A program made the position numbers and the translations under genes. Under the pieces are notes generated by a model. It was not told the DNA's origin. It saw only the letters and a list, made by a program, of their open reading frames with translations, and did not search any database. Below are positions 1 to 13,282 of a stretch of DNA of 64,000 nt, one piece after another (position 1 is the stretch's first letter; the number at the start of each line of letters is the position of its first letter). The DNA lies in assembly GCA_950097015.1 (NCBI GenBank), contig CATNEN010000034.1, positions 7,316,001-7,380,000 of the forward strand, written 5' to 3'. This stretch comes from Macrostomum hystrix (lineage: Eukaryota; Animalia; Platyhelminthes).

Positions 1-2560
1 GGCCACCTCGCCGACGGTGACAGAGCGTGGCGGTGGCGTCGGGGCGGCGACAACCAGTACTCCATCGAGGCTAGGCGGCGCAGCGTCACCGATCTCGCAC
101 AGCGCCAGCTCGCCCACTGTGAATCAGTCGCCATTTCGAGGCTCAGTTGTTTCCGGTGAGTTTCGTCTTTTCGGTCCGAAGACCTAGAGAATTTTGTGAA
201 AGCGAAGCCGTTGCGTCCCTGAGGTAACCAATCTCCCAATCTATGGAAACGAACACAGGTTCCCTTAGAATAAAAATAAAACTTTCCCCACAAAATGTAT
301 CACCAACAAAGGTTCAACTGGTCCACTGAAACGGACTTCCTGCGCTGCCGACTCAACGGCTGGCGACAACGGAGCTGGCGGTGCTATGAGCAGTGGACGG
401 CCGAGCTTGGCCCGCTCCTCTGATGTAGACTCGCCGCCCTGCCGCGCCAAGGCTGGCGCTGTCGTCACATCGTCTAGGGCGTCCAAGAGACGGTAAAGCT
501 AATAGAGACGGCATTTATCTTTCAGTAAGTTTCCATTTGAAGTGCAAGCTTAGAGTAAGTCGCACAAAAACTTATCCTTCAGGTCCAGCAACACGGCAGC
601 CGCCTTGGCGTTCGCAGCCGCCACCGCGGGAGCATCCAGCCTGCCAAAGTCCAGCGTTCGAATCGCTGTGCAAGAACAGGACCAGGATCTGCCACAGCAG
701 CAGCCGATGATGCAGCACAGGCCGAGTGAAAGCAGCAGCATCCTCGTGAAGCGGCTGAGCATCATTTGCACCGCAGCCACCATGCGAGTGCTGAACGTTG
801 TGCGTCACTGGGTGTACAAGTTCGGCGAAGACATCGAGTCGGATCCTGCCCTGAGAGCGGACATGATCGACCTGCTAGAGGATCTGGTCTGCAACCAGAA
901 CCTCTTTCCGCCTGATCACAAGGCCGCCCTGCAGATTCTGCTGCGATTGCGCAACGAGACGCTAACAGAGGACAGCACTGATCTGAGCAGATTTCTCACA
1001 CCCGCCTGGCAGCCATCGTTTGAGTCCTTTGAAACTCTCTCGGCTTTGGATATCGCCGAGCAGATCACTCTGATTGATCACAAGATTTTTAAGGCAATGA
1101 AAAGCGCGTAAGTTTAAAAAGCTGTTTAATTTGTTGGTTGGCTAATATAGGCGTACCGGTATCACTTTGATTGAGATCTGCCTAGTTGTATATAAACAAG
1201 CAACCAAGCCTTCTCTTGGTTGCTAAGAGAAAGCAACCAAACATAAATGTGACTTTGCCGCAGATTCGAGCTGAGGAATCTGGAATCGTGGTGCGAGAGT
1301 TGGACCCGCAGTTGCTCCACCACTACCACCCCCACGTCTCATAAATTGTTGTTCGCAGACACGTTAATTTTTTGAGCCAAGTGAGGCCTTGAATCGTACT
1401 CATATTTCTTCTCTCCTACCTGCTCAAAGCGAGCTGATCACCCAGACCTGGATGAAGAAGAACCCAGCTGACAGGGCCTCCTCGACTGTGCTGCTAATCA
1501 GCAAGCGATTCAACGAAGTCAGCTGCCTCGTGATATCAGAGATCGTCTCAAACAAGGATATCGACAAGCGAGTGGCCTGCATCGAGAAGTGGGCAGCCAT
1601 CGCAGACATCTGTCGCTGTCTGCACAACTACAATGGCGTACTGCAGATATGCGCCGCCTTTGTCAACTCGTCTGTGTTCCGTCTAAAGAAGACCTGGGAG
1701 CGGCTGTCGAAGTCCACCAGACAGATGATTGACAGGCTGCAGCAGTTGGTATCGTCCGATGGTCGTTTCAAGAACATGCGCGCTGCGTTGCACAAGTGAG
1801 GCGAAACATGACGTCACTTTCTGTATATCACCAAAAATCTGATTTTAGCACACTATATCTCTATTATCTCTATCGCAAATTGCTATCTGCTAATCTTTGC
1901 AGCTGCGATCCGCCCTGCATCCCATATCTGGGCATGTACCTCACCGACCTGTCCTTCATCGAGGAGGGCACCTCTAATGTGACGGAAGGCGGGCTGATTA
2001 ACTTTTGCAAGATGCGAATGGTAAGCAGTGATTTGACATATCTCGTACTCTTACTACAATTTCGCTTTGTTTTTTATTAAAACTGCAAAAAATGCTATAT
2101 TTTCAGATCGCTCATATCATTCGAGAGATTCAACAATTCCAGCAGACTCCTTATAGAATTGAGCACAATCAAAAAGTAAGCGAACCTCTTTTAAAATTTG
2201 GCAACATAGAATATACGCTCGTATTGCCGAATGAATCCAGGCAGAGTAATGATGTTAGTAAGAAGTAGAAGCTTCCAAGTCAATAATATGCGGCATAAGT
2301 GAGGTGGGAGCGCAACTAACAAACCGAAAAGCCAATAAAATAGAAGAGGAGTGACGTGGATTACATAGCGTGTGGTTGTACGTAAACTAAAAATAACTTA
2401 CTTAATTATCTGCCAGGTGTGCGACTATCTTCTCGACACGAGCCGTCTTATCGATGACGAACGAGCCTACGCCGCCTCGCTGCTGCTGGAGCCGCGGGTG
2501 TCCATCTGCCCAGAGTCGGCACCGCAGACGCCTGGCGGTCGCGGCGGATTCAAGTCGTGA
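1..2560 (+). CDS. RASGRF: RasGRF-like Ras guanine nucleotide exchange factor, 5'-partial (REM + CDC25 domains). Exons <1-155, 312-492, 583-1107, 1430-1795, 1903-2020, 2107-2175, 2417-2560
   Basis: Phase-consistent GT-AG joins give ...[30 protein letters not shown]...[10 protein letters not shown]...[13 protein letters not shown]...[23 protein letters not shown]...[30 protein letters not shown], closely matching the RasGRF1/2 C-terminus. Stop TGA at 2558-2560. Confidence 0.93.
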
Positions 2561-3204
2561 AGTTTTGTGGATAATCCGCGGATAAAACGCGGAAAAACCA
2601 CGGATAAACCGTCGATAAGCCGTGGATAAACCGTGGATAATCCAATTAATCCAATAATCAAATTTAAATACACATTTAACCTTGCCTCGTTTTATAATCA
2701 TTTTGTGTACGTTTTCAATTGTATGAGCGTATATAGAAGTACATTTTCGCGATGTGAAAAAATAATATAAATATCATATATAAATTGGGCATACGAAGTA
2801 TACCTGACAATTTTTTTTCTAGAACGTATTTTCAATTTAAATTTGCAGCCTTTAGAGTTCATTTTTACAATTGTCTATGATCTTGTTCAACTGTTTTTGG
2901 TTAAATGGTACCGATTATATATTTATTTTATTGTGCAATTACGAAAAAAATTTCTGTTGTGTGGCTTTTTCTTGTTAAAAGTGCAACAAATTCCATCACT
3001 TTATTACAAAAAAGTCACAAAATTTCATTAGGCAATTCCTTTTTTTAATAAAAGTCGGTGTTATCTTGTTTACGTTCTGTGTATGCGTTAAAGAATTACT
3101 GTGCCAGTTTTGTTAATTGTCATCTTTAATTTGTACACAAAATACTTTTAAAACATAATTTTCAGTGTTTAAATGCTCACGATTAGTTATTTACCAACTT
3201 ACTT

Positions 3205-6200
3205 ACTGAAGGTAGCTTATCTGAAGAACTGAAGGTAGCTTATCTGAAGAACTGAAGGTAGCTTATCTGAAGAACTGAAGGTAGCTTATCTGAAGAACTG
3301 AAGGTAGCTCATCTGAAGAACTGAAGGTAGCTCATCTGAAGAACTGAAGGTAGCTCATCTGAAGAACTGAAGGTAGCTTATCTGAAGAACTGAAGGTAGC
3401 TTATCTGAAGAACTGAAGGTAGCTTATCTGAAGAACTGAAGGTAGCTAATCTGAAGAACTGAAGGTAGCTTATCTGAAGAACTGAAGGTAGCTTATCTGA
3501 AGAACTAAAGGTAGCTTATCTGAAGAACTGAAGGTAGCTTATCTGAAGAACTGAAGGTAGCTAATCTGAAGAACTAAAGGTAGCTTATCTGAAGAACTGA
3601 AGGTAGCTTATCTGAAGAACTGAAGGTAGCTTATCTGAAGAACTGAAGGTAGCTTATCTGAAGAACTGAAGGTAGCTCATCTGAAGAACTGAAGGTAGCT
3701 TATATGAAGAACTGAAGGTAGTCTATTTGAAGAACTGAAGGTAGCTTATATGAAGAACTGGAGGTAGCTTATCTGAAGAACTAAAGGTAGCTTATCTGAA
3801 GAACTAAAGGTAGCTTATATGAAGAACTGAAGGTAGCTTATCTGAAGAACTGAAGGTAGCTTATCTGAAGAACTGAAGGTAGCTTATCTGAAGAACTAAA
3901 GGTAGCTTATCTGAAGAACTTAAGGTAGCTCATCTGAATAACTGAAGGTAGCTCATCTGAATAACTGAAGGTAGCTTATCTGAATAACTGAAGGTAGCTA
4001 ATCTGAAGAACTGAAGGTAGCTCATCTGAAGAACTTAAGGTAGCTAATCTGAAGAACTGAAGGTAGCTTATCTGAAGAACTGAAGGTAGCTTATCTGAAG
4101 AACTGAAGGTAGCTAATCTAAAGAACTGAAGGTAGCTCATCTGAAGAACTGAAGGTAGCTTATCTGAAGAACTGAAGGTAGCTCATCTGAAGAACTAAAG
4201 GTAGCTTATCTGAAGAACTAAAGGTAGCTTATCTGAAGAAATGAAGGTAGCTTATCTGAAGAACTGAAGGTAGCTTATCTGAAGAACTGAAGGTAGCTTA
4301 TCTGAAGAACTGAAGGTAGCTTATCTGAAGAACTGAAGGTAGCTTATCTGAAGAACTGAAGGTAGCTTATCTGAATAACTGAAGGTAGCTTATCTGAAGA
4401 ACTGAAGGTAGCTAATCTGAAGAACTAAAGGTAGCTTATCTGAAGAACTGAAGGTAGCTTATCTGAAGAACTGAAGGTAGCTTATCTGAAGAACTGAAGG
4501 TAGCTTATCTGAAGAACTGAAGGTAGCTTATCTGAAGAACTAAAGGTAGCTAATCTGAAGAACTGAAGGTAGCTCATCTGAAGAACTGAAGGTAGCTCAT
4601 CTGAATAACTGAAGGTAGCTTATCTGAAGAACTGAAGGTAGCTCATCTGAAGAACTGAAGGTAGCTTATCTGAAGAACTGAAGGTAGCTTATCTGAAAAA
4701 CTGAAGGTAGCTCATCTGAAGAACTAAAGGTAGCTTATCTGAAGAACTGAAGGTAGCTTATCTGAAGAACTGAAGGTAGCTTATCTGAAGAACTGAAGGT
4801 AGCTTATCTGAAGAACTAAAGGTAGCTAATCTGAAGAACTGAAGGTAGCTCATCTGAAGAACTGAAGGTAGCTCATCTGAATAACTGAAGGTAGCTTATC
4901 TGAAGAACTGAAGGTAGCTCATCTGAAGAACTAAAGGTAGCTTATCTGAAGAACTGAAGGTAGCTTATCTGAAAAACTGAAGGTAGCTAATCTGAAGAAC
5001 TGAAGGTAGCTTATCTGAAGAACTAAAGGTAGCTTATCTGAAGAACTGAAGGTAGCTTATCTGAAGAACTGAAGGTAGCTTATCTGAAGAACTGAAGGTA
5101 GCTTATCTGAAGAACTGAAGGTAGCTTATCTGAAGAACTGAAGGTAGCTTATCTGAAGAACTGAAGTTAGCTTATCTGAAGAACTGAAGGTAGCTTATCT
5201 GAAGAACTGAAGGTAGCTCATCTGAATAACTGAAGGTAGCTTATCTGAAGAACTGAAGGTAGCTTATCTGAAGAACTGAAGGTAGCTCATCTGAAGAACT
5301 GAAGGTAGCTTATCTGAAGAACTGAAGGTAGCTAATCTGAAGAACTAAAGGTAGCTTATCTGAAGAACTGAAGGTAGCTTATCTGAAGAACTGAAGGTAG
5401 CTTATCTGAAGAACTGAAGGTAGCTTATCTGAAGAACTGAAGGTAGCTCATCTGAAGAACTGAAGGTAGCTTATATGAAGAACTGAAGGTAGTCTATTTG
5501 AAGAACTGAAGGTAGCTTATATGAAGAACTGGAGGTAGCTTATCTGAAGAACTAAAGGTAGCTTATCTGAAGAACTAAAGGTAGCTTATATGAAGAACTG
5601 AAGGTAGCTTATCTGAAGAACTGAAGGTAGCTTATCTGAAGAACTGAAGGTAGCTTATCTGAAGAACTAAAGGTAGCTTATCTGAAGAACTTAAGGTAGC
5701 TCATCTGAATAACTGAAGGTAGCTCATCTGAATAACTGAAGGTAGCTTATCTGAATAACTGAAGGTAGCTAATCTGAAGAACTGAAGGTAGCTCATCTGA
5801 AGAACTTAAGGTAGCTAATCTGAAGAACTGAAGGTAGCTTATCTGAAGAACTGAAGGTAGCTTATCTGAAGAACTGAAGGTAGCTAATCTAAAGAACTGA
5901 AGGTAGCTCATCTGAAGAACTGAAGGTAGCTTATCTGAAGAACTGAAGGTAGCTCATCTGAAGAACTAAAGGTAGCTTATCTGAAGAACTAAAGGTAGCT
6001 TATCTGAAGAAATGAAGGTAGCTTATCTGAAGAACTGAAGGTAGCTTATCTGAAGAACTGAAGGTAGCTTATCTGAAGAACTGAAGGTAGCTTATCTGAA
6101 GAACTGAAGGTAGCTTATCTGAAGAACTGAAGGTAGCTTATCTGAATAACTGAAGGTAGCTTATCTGAAGAACTGAAGGTAGCTAATCTGAAGAACTAAA

Positions 6201-8403
6201 GGTAGCTTATCTGAAGAACTGAAGGTAGCTTATCTGAAGAACTGAAGGTAGCTTATCTGAAGAACTGAAGGTAGCTTATCTGAAGAACTGAAGGTAGCTT
6301 ATCTGAAGAACTAAAGGTAGCTAATCTGAAGAACTGAAGGTAGCTCATCTGAAGAACTGAAGGTAGCTCATCTGAATAACTGAAGGTAGCTTATCTGAAG
6401 AACTGAAGGTAGCTCATCTGAAGAACTGAAGGTAGCTTATCTGAAGAACTGAAGGTAGCTTATCTGAAAAACTGAAGGTAGCTCATCTGAAGAACTAAAG
6501 GTAGCTTATCTGAAGAACTGAAGGTAGCTTATCTGAAGAACTGAAGGTAGCTTATCTGAAGAACTGAAGGTAGCTTATCTGAAGAACTAAAGGTAGCTAA
6601 TCTGAAGAACTGAAGGTAGCTCATCTGAAGAACTGAAGGTAGCTCATCTGAATAACTGAAGGTAGCTTATCTGAAGAACTGAAGGTAGCTCATCTGAAGA
6701 ACTAAAGGTAGCTTATCTGAAGAACTGAAGGTAGCTTATCTGAAAAACTGAAGGTAGCTAATCTGAAGAACTGAAGGTAGCTTATCTGAAGAACTAAAGG
6801 TAGCTTATCTGAAGAACTGAAGGTAGCTTATCTGAAGAACTGAAGGTAGCTTATCTGAAGAACTGAAGGTAGCTTATCTGAAGAACTGAAGGTAGCTTAT
6901 CTGAAGAACTGAAGGTAGCTTATCTGAAGAACTGAAGTTAGCTTATCTGAAGAACTGAAGGTAGCTTATCTGAAGAACTGAAGGTAGCTCATCTGAATAA
7001 CTGAAGGTAGCTTATCTGAAGAACTGAAGGTAGCTTATCTGAAGAACTGAAGGTAGCTCATCTGAAGAACTGAAGGTAGCTTATCTGAAGAACTGAAGGT
7101 AGCTTATCTGAAGAACTGAAGGTAGCTAATCTGAAGAACTAAAGGTAGCTTATCTGAAGAACTGAAGGTAGCTTATCTGAAGAACTGAAGGTAGATTATC
7201 TGAAGAACTGAAGGTAGCTTATCTGAAGAACTGAAGGTAGCTCATCTGAAGAACTGAAGGTAGCTTATATGAAGAACTGAAGGTAGTCTATTTGAAGAAC
7301 TGAAGGTAGCTTATATGAAGAACTGGAGGTAGCTTATCTGAAGAACTAAAGGTAGCTTATCTGAAGAACTAAAGGTAGCTTATATGAAGAACTGAAGGTA
7401 GCTTATCTGAAGAACTGAAGGTAGCTTATCTGAAGAACTGAAGGTAGCTTATCTGAAGAACTAAAGGTAGCTTATCTGAAGAACTTAAGGTAGCTCATCT
7501 GAATAACTGAAGGTAGCTCATCTGAATAACTGAAGGTAGCTTATCTGAATAACTGAAGGTAGCTAATCTGAAGAACTGAAGGTAGCTCATCTGAAGAACT
7601 TAAGGTAGCTAATCTGAAGAACTGAAGGTAGCTTATCTGAAGAACTGAAGGTAGCTTATCTGAAGAACTGAAGGTAGCTAATCTAAAGAACTGAAGGTAG
7701 CTCATCTGAAGAACTGAAGGTAGCTTATCTGAAGAACTGAAGGTAGCTCATCTGAAGAACTAAAGGTAGCTTATATGAAGAACTGAAGGTAGCTTATCTG
7801 AAGAACTGAAGGTAGCTTATCTGAAGAACTGAAGGTAGCTTATCTGAAGAACTAAAGGTAGCTCATCTGAAGAACTGAAGGTAGCTCATCTGAAGAACTG
7901 AAGGTAGCTTATCTGAAGAACTGAAGGTAGCTTATCTGAAGAACTGAAGGTAGCTAATCTGAAGAACTAAAGGTAGCTTATCTGAAGAACTGAAGGTAGC
8001 TTATCTGAAGAACTGAAGGTAGCTTATCTCAAGAACTAAAGGTAGCTTATCTGAAGAACTGAAGGTAGCTTATCTGAAGAACTGAAGGTAGCTTATATGA
8101 AGAACTGAAGGTAGCTTATCTGAAGAACTGAAGGTAGCTTATCTGAAGAACTGAAGGTAGTTTATCTGAAGAACTAAAGGTAGCTTATCTGAAGAACTTA
8201 AGGTAGCTCATCTGAATAACTGAAGGTAGCTCATCTGAATAACTGAAGGTAGCTTATCTGAAGAACTGAAGGTAGCTTATCTGAAGAACTGAAGGTAGCT
8301 TATCTGAAGAACTGAAGGTAGCTTATCTGAAGAACTAAAGGTAGCTCATCTGAAGAACTAAAGGTAGCTTATATGAAGAACTGAAGGTAGCTCATCTGAA
8401 GAA
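3205..8403. repeat. 23-bp satellite array (CTGAAGGTAGCTTATCTGAAGAA), about 226 monomers, with higher-order periodicity
   Basis: Monomer read directly. The rare variant GTCTATTTGA recurs at 3721, 5492 and 7286. Confidence 0.97.
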
Positions 8404-9830
8404 TTAGATCTAAAGTAATAAACGATTAGGTACACCCAAAGAATTCATGTCGTCTGCCTGGAGGAATGGAACCCAAATTACAGTTCTTTGACAGCTAAAA
8501 ATATAGCATGTGAAACTATGCAATAATACTATGAGTAGCCATATGTGTTTCATAACACTTTTCGCTTCAAATCCAAAATCTAATTAAATCTTGCTATAGA
8601 AAATTTTCACGATTGCAAAGTAACAATTTATATAATCTGGATCCTAAAAATCTAATTGCAAGCAAAGAATTTTCTGCTTCAAAGCAACGAGAAAACGAAT
8701 TGAGGATTAAAGTCGTTTCAATTCTTTCTTTTCCTGAAAGCACTCACCTGCTGGGGGAGGCGTCGTGTGAGGCTGGGCGTCACGCATAACTATCATCGCC
8801 TTCAGTTTAATTTCTCATTCCTTCAGCTCTTGCTATTCTCTTCCCATCGGCTTATCCCCAGTCTTATCCCTATCAGCTCCTCCCATCCTGTGATTTCAGC
8901 ATCTCTTATCCTGCCCGTGTTCTCATGCAGTCACGCTAATCTTCTGCTCATTCATTTCCTGCCGGTCGCTTGAAGTCTGGCCAAATCTGCCTTTGTGCTA
9001 TCCGAGCTTGCTTTTTTGGGCGGGAAACCAAAAGAAAGAACTGGAAGCTGGGATAGATGAAGAATGGGGAAAAATTGCACACACTATATTCGCGCTAGTG
9101 CGTGAGGTTTCTCTGTGTCTCTCTCAATGTCTCGATTCAAACCTACCCAATTCATCCCCTAGAAGGCAAATTTTGTCTGAGCACACAGACCGACTGAGTC
9201 AGACTGCTTTTAGTCAAATTGGAACAAAAAATCTGGCGAAGAAGAGTTAAATTGTCGGAGGCTGGAGAAAAGAGACCTCTCAACTACCGGGGGAGGGGCA
9301 GTATTTTTGTATTTTTATTCCCTATCTAAAGCAACAGTTTCTACTGCGGAATAAGTAAAAAATTTAAGTTATTAATGCTTTCAGAATTCTGATCAACCAG
9401 GCTTTTTTGTTTCACAAAAAGAGCCTGAAATATGCTAGGATGTTTCATTTACTAAGAGGATATAACATGAATTATACAGTTGAACTCATCAGAAAGCAAC
9501 ATTTATAAGAGGATTAAAGTCAGATTGAGTTTATTAGTTAATCCATTTGGCTATTGAAAGGTTCTGTGTCATCAAACACTGCCCTAGCATATACTAGGCT
9601 AGTAATCTTAGGCTAGTAATTAATTATGGCGAATATCTACACCGGAAGCAATGAGATATACTGAGTCAGCAATGAAAGATCTCATTAAAAATATGTTATA
9701 CCTTCAAATCTATATATTCTACCGATAAATATATTATATATATACTATACTAGTATATTTGAATATGCTTTGCACACTACGAGTATTTCTCTTAATCTGT
9801 CTACATCTGCTAGTAAATTAGGACAGCAAT

Positions 9831-10110
9831 AGGGATAGAATGGGATAGGGATAAGGGTGGGATAGGGATAGGGCTGGATAGGGATAGGGTTGGATAGGGA
9901 TAGAATGGGATAGGGATAGGGTTGGATAGGGATAGGGCTGGATAGGGATAGGGTGGGATAGGGATAGGGTGGGATAGGGATAGGGTGGGATAGGGATAGG
10001 GTGGGAGAGGGATAGGGTGGGATAGGGATAGGGTGGGAGAGGGATGGGATAGAGAAGGTGTGGGATAGGGTGGGATAAGGATAGGATTGGATAGGGTTGG
10101 ATAGGGATAG
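9831..10110. repeat. GGATA(G)-based purine-rich simple repeat
   Basis: Repeated GGGATAGGGATAGGGTGGGATA units. Confidence 0.9.
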
Positions 10111-10934
10111 TGAATATTATTTAATAGATAATAAATAGTTTAGATGCCGACAACATTGGAAATAACAAAAATGACCCAAAACCAAAACAAAATATCTTTG
10201 CATTAGAGACTGGACTAAGAGTTCCAAGATCAATTGTAAAATGCCGTATATCTCGATGAAAGTGCACATAAAAGTACGCAGCCTCGGACTGACAATATTG
10301 AGTGTAGACCGAAAGCAAGGTTATCCCACCGCTGCCACCACCTTCAAGGTTGTGTGCGGCCTAGAATTCTTTTATGGCACATACCTTCGCCGGGTATAGT
10401 TAAATTTTTTATAATCCCAGATTGTGAAAATAAGCACATAAATTTCTGCGCTTTGCGGTGTTTCGTCGAGGATTTACTGAAAATATCAATTTTCAGCTAT
10501 AAGTGCAAGCACAACACCCAATGAATGAATCTGCTTTGCATAGCATTCTAATGGAATTTTCCACTTCTGATAAATTCGCACATTGAAAAATTTGTACTGC
10601 TTCACCATTTAGTCAGTGTTCATTTAGTTAAATGGATGGAATTTTCCATTCTCCGTCAGTGGCGTGCAATCAACCAATGGAAACTTACACCACTTCCAGT
10701 CACGTGTATAAAATTTAATGGAAATTTCCACTTGCGGCAAAAATGCAACTTGTGTCGCTGTGATTAGATCCAGTATCATATACTGGATTGTTGATGAAGA
10801 CGTTCAACGACTACAAGCTCACTTTCAAAATAAACATGATTGCTGACATCGAAGAGCACCCAGACGTTAAAATGGTCAACAACACTGAACGAACGATCTT
10901 ACATGTGAATTTTTTCGTTCGTTCGGACTGCGCT

Positions 10935-13282
10935 TCTGGGCCTCGGCTTCGCCTTGGCCAAGAAACGCGTCCTCAGCCGTTCGTAGGCCAAAGAAACGAA
11001 ATCAGGGGGTATTATTCTATACTTCACTGCCAACAAACACAAGACCAAACACAACAGGAATGAAACACAAAGTAAACGAAATAATTCAGTAAATAACGCT
11101 TGGAAGCTCAAAATGATATTTGGCTGCAGAGTTCATCAATAGTTACCTCAATAGTTACATCTGTCAGTTAGCGTGGTGCAATGTTGAATGTGCAATTCTC
11201 AAATTTGCAGTTCTCAAAAACGCTCGCCTGGTTGGCACCAATCGATACGCCCTGGTTAGCTACAATTGACCCAGGCATGCCCAACGCAGTCCCTCGTATT
11301 TTGTTGCAGTACGATGCATCCAGCAGTCGAACTTGTTCCCGCGTTTCTGGCGCTCTGACCAGCCGATGCCAGGGTTTGTTCCGCAGTGCCAGAGAGTCGC
11401 CCACTGATTGCTCGGGATAGGCTGACATTTTTGGAGAACTTCAATCTCTTGTTGTAATGTTCAACGCTCTCCGCTCGTTTGTGACCGGTCACGGCTTGAA
11501 TCTCGGAAACGCTGACGCCATCCTCCATCAAGTTGGTTACAACGGAGGCGCGTATGCAATGATTGGTGTGCGCACGATTGCTCAGTCCCGCCAGCTCACA
11601 CAATTTCTTCATGGACTCATTAAGCCAGTGTTTGCCGAGTACAAGGCTCTTGTGATACCAGAAACCTTCCATGGAAAACCCTCGTTCCAGCGGTTTAGGC
11701 CACAGACAACCGACGTCATCTGGTATTTTTGCCAGGTACATCTCCATCGCACGAACTGGACACGTATTCGGGTCAGTCGGCGTTTCGGCCAAAATGATCG
11801 ACTTTCGTGTGGTTGGGTCGTCCGCCGTTACTGTCTTCTCCACACAATCCTTCACCAAGTCGATATATTGAACTCCATCGCATTCGTCAATCCTCACGTC
11901 GGCCTTCGTCAATCCCCTCAGCCACTCACGGCCCCTGAAGCCGAATCCATACACGATTTTAAACAGAACCTCGAATTGTAGACGCGTCGGTGTCGTACGG
12001 TCGTAATACAAACGAAGCCGATGGAAGTCAGAGTCATCAATTGGACAGTACGTAGACGCATTGCCAATAGACGTTTTCTCCCTCAGAGCCGTCATCAGGC
12101 ATGCCTTGTACGTTCAAACGACAAAAATTCGGTGTTACCTATAATTCGCACGTTCCTTGTCCCCAGCACGTACCGATGAATAGACGCCCTGAAGCACACC
12201 AGACTTCGGACAGCGTATGGCTTGCCTTCCTGAGTCCTCAGTAACACAAGCCACAGCCGCATATAGGCACAAAGATAGCGGATCGGCATTGTTTCGATGT
12301 TGTCCGGCAGTTTCTGGTCCACCAGATATTTTTTGAAGCGCTTCACATGGAGAGCGGTTTGATCCGTGGTCGATTTGCGTTTGGCAGCCTCTTCGACGTC
12401 TTGCACAGCAGCTTCCTCTTCTTCCGTCAGTTCTCGCAGAAGCTCGGCATTATTCAGAATGCTTGGATTGGACAATTCTGCGTCAATCAACTCCTGCTCA
12501 GTCAGACCGGTCCACTGACTAACTTCTTCACCAGGATCACGGTGTCCAAGTTGCTGCAGAAACGTTATCTCATTCATTTCTAAACCGCTAATATCTTCTC
12601 TAGCAGTGATTTCCAGTGAATCATAGTCAATCCAAATTCCTAAAGCTTTTAAAACCTTCCTTTTCTCACCCACCCACCAACAGAAGGGGGCTTCAAACTC
12701 TATATACGGTTTTCAACCATAGACAGTCTCCGCGGACAACGAAACCGTCACGAAGCACATAGCTAAAGGCTTTTCAACCATGGACAGTTTCCACGGACGT
12801 GAAACCGCGTTGTGCGTCCGCGCTTCAGCCTACCCATAACACTAATATAGACTCTTTCTCTTCATTTCTCTTCATCGTCATTTCAGTTCATTTCAGTCCT
12901 CATCAGCCAGTCTATATTAATATATTCTAATTGAATAACTAAATAACCGGTTGTTTTGGTTTGACAAAGTGTTTATCCCCACTTGTCCCGGTCAAATAAG
13001 TCTATGGTCTAGTGTTGAAGCATTTATTCGTCCCGGACGAGGAAACGATTTATTTGGAACCGTTTCGATCAGAACCATAGACTGTTGAGCTATAGTTCTT
13101 ATTTCCACAATACCGAGTCAAGTTGGGGAAAAATACTATCTCCCCTGTTTATTCATTTGTCTATGGCCAGAACGACTTCAAACTCGTTTCTCTGGCCTCG
13201 GCTGCGCCTCGGCCGAGAAACAAGTTCTCAGTCGTTCTGACGGCCACAGATAAATAAATAAACGGGAGAGATTATATACTTC
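10935..13282 (-). mobile_element. Crypton-like tyrosine-recombinase DNA element (boundaries approximate, taken from the two homologous hairpin blocks)
   Basis: YR reading frames at 11256-12673, flanked by homologous GGCCTCGGCT(T/G)CGCCT(T/C)GGCC hairpin blocks at 10935-11025 and 13191-13282. Confidence 0.7.
11168..12673 (-). pseudogene. Crypton/DUF3504-type tyrosine recombinase split over three frames (12673 or ATG 12577 to 12095; 12095-11256; tail to 11168)
   Basis: Catalytic residues present in order: GFRGRE (R), VEKT (K), NHCIR (HxxR), TGHK (H), VEHYN (Y). Also CPVRAMEMYL and LWPKP motifs. An FENCKFENCTFNI tail lies in a different frame. Confidence 0.85.

Noticed and set aside
3205-8403. 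CRISPR-like interpretation of this and the other tandem arrays
   Set aside because: Monomers are contiguous with no unique spacers, there are no cas genes, and the context is eukaryotic.
10788-11111. Short ORFs (91 aa +, 70 aa -) as a second gene of the YR element
   Set aside because: They run through the hairpin repeat and show no recognisable domain.
11457-12583. Plus-strand ORFs of 174 and 78 aa
   Set aside because: Antisense shadows of the recombinase frames.
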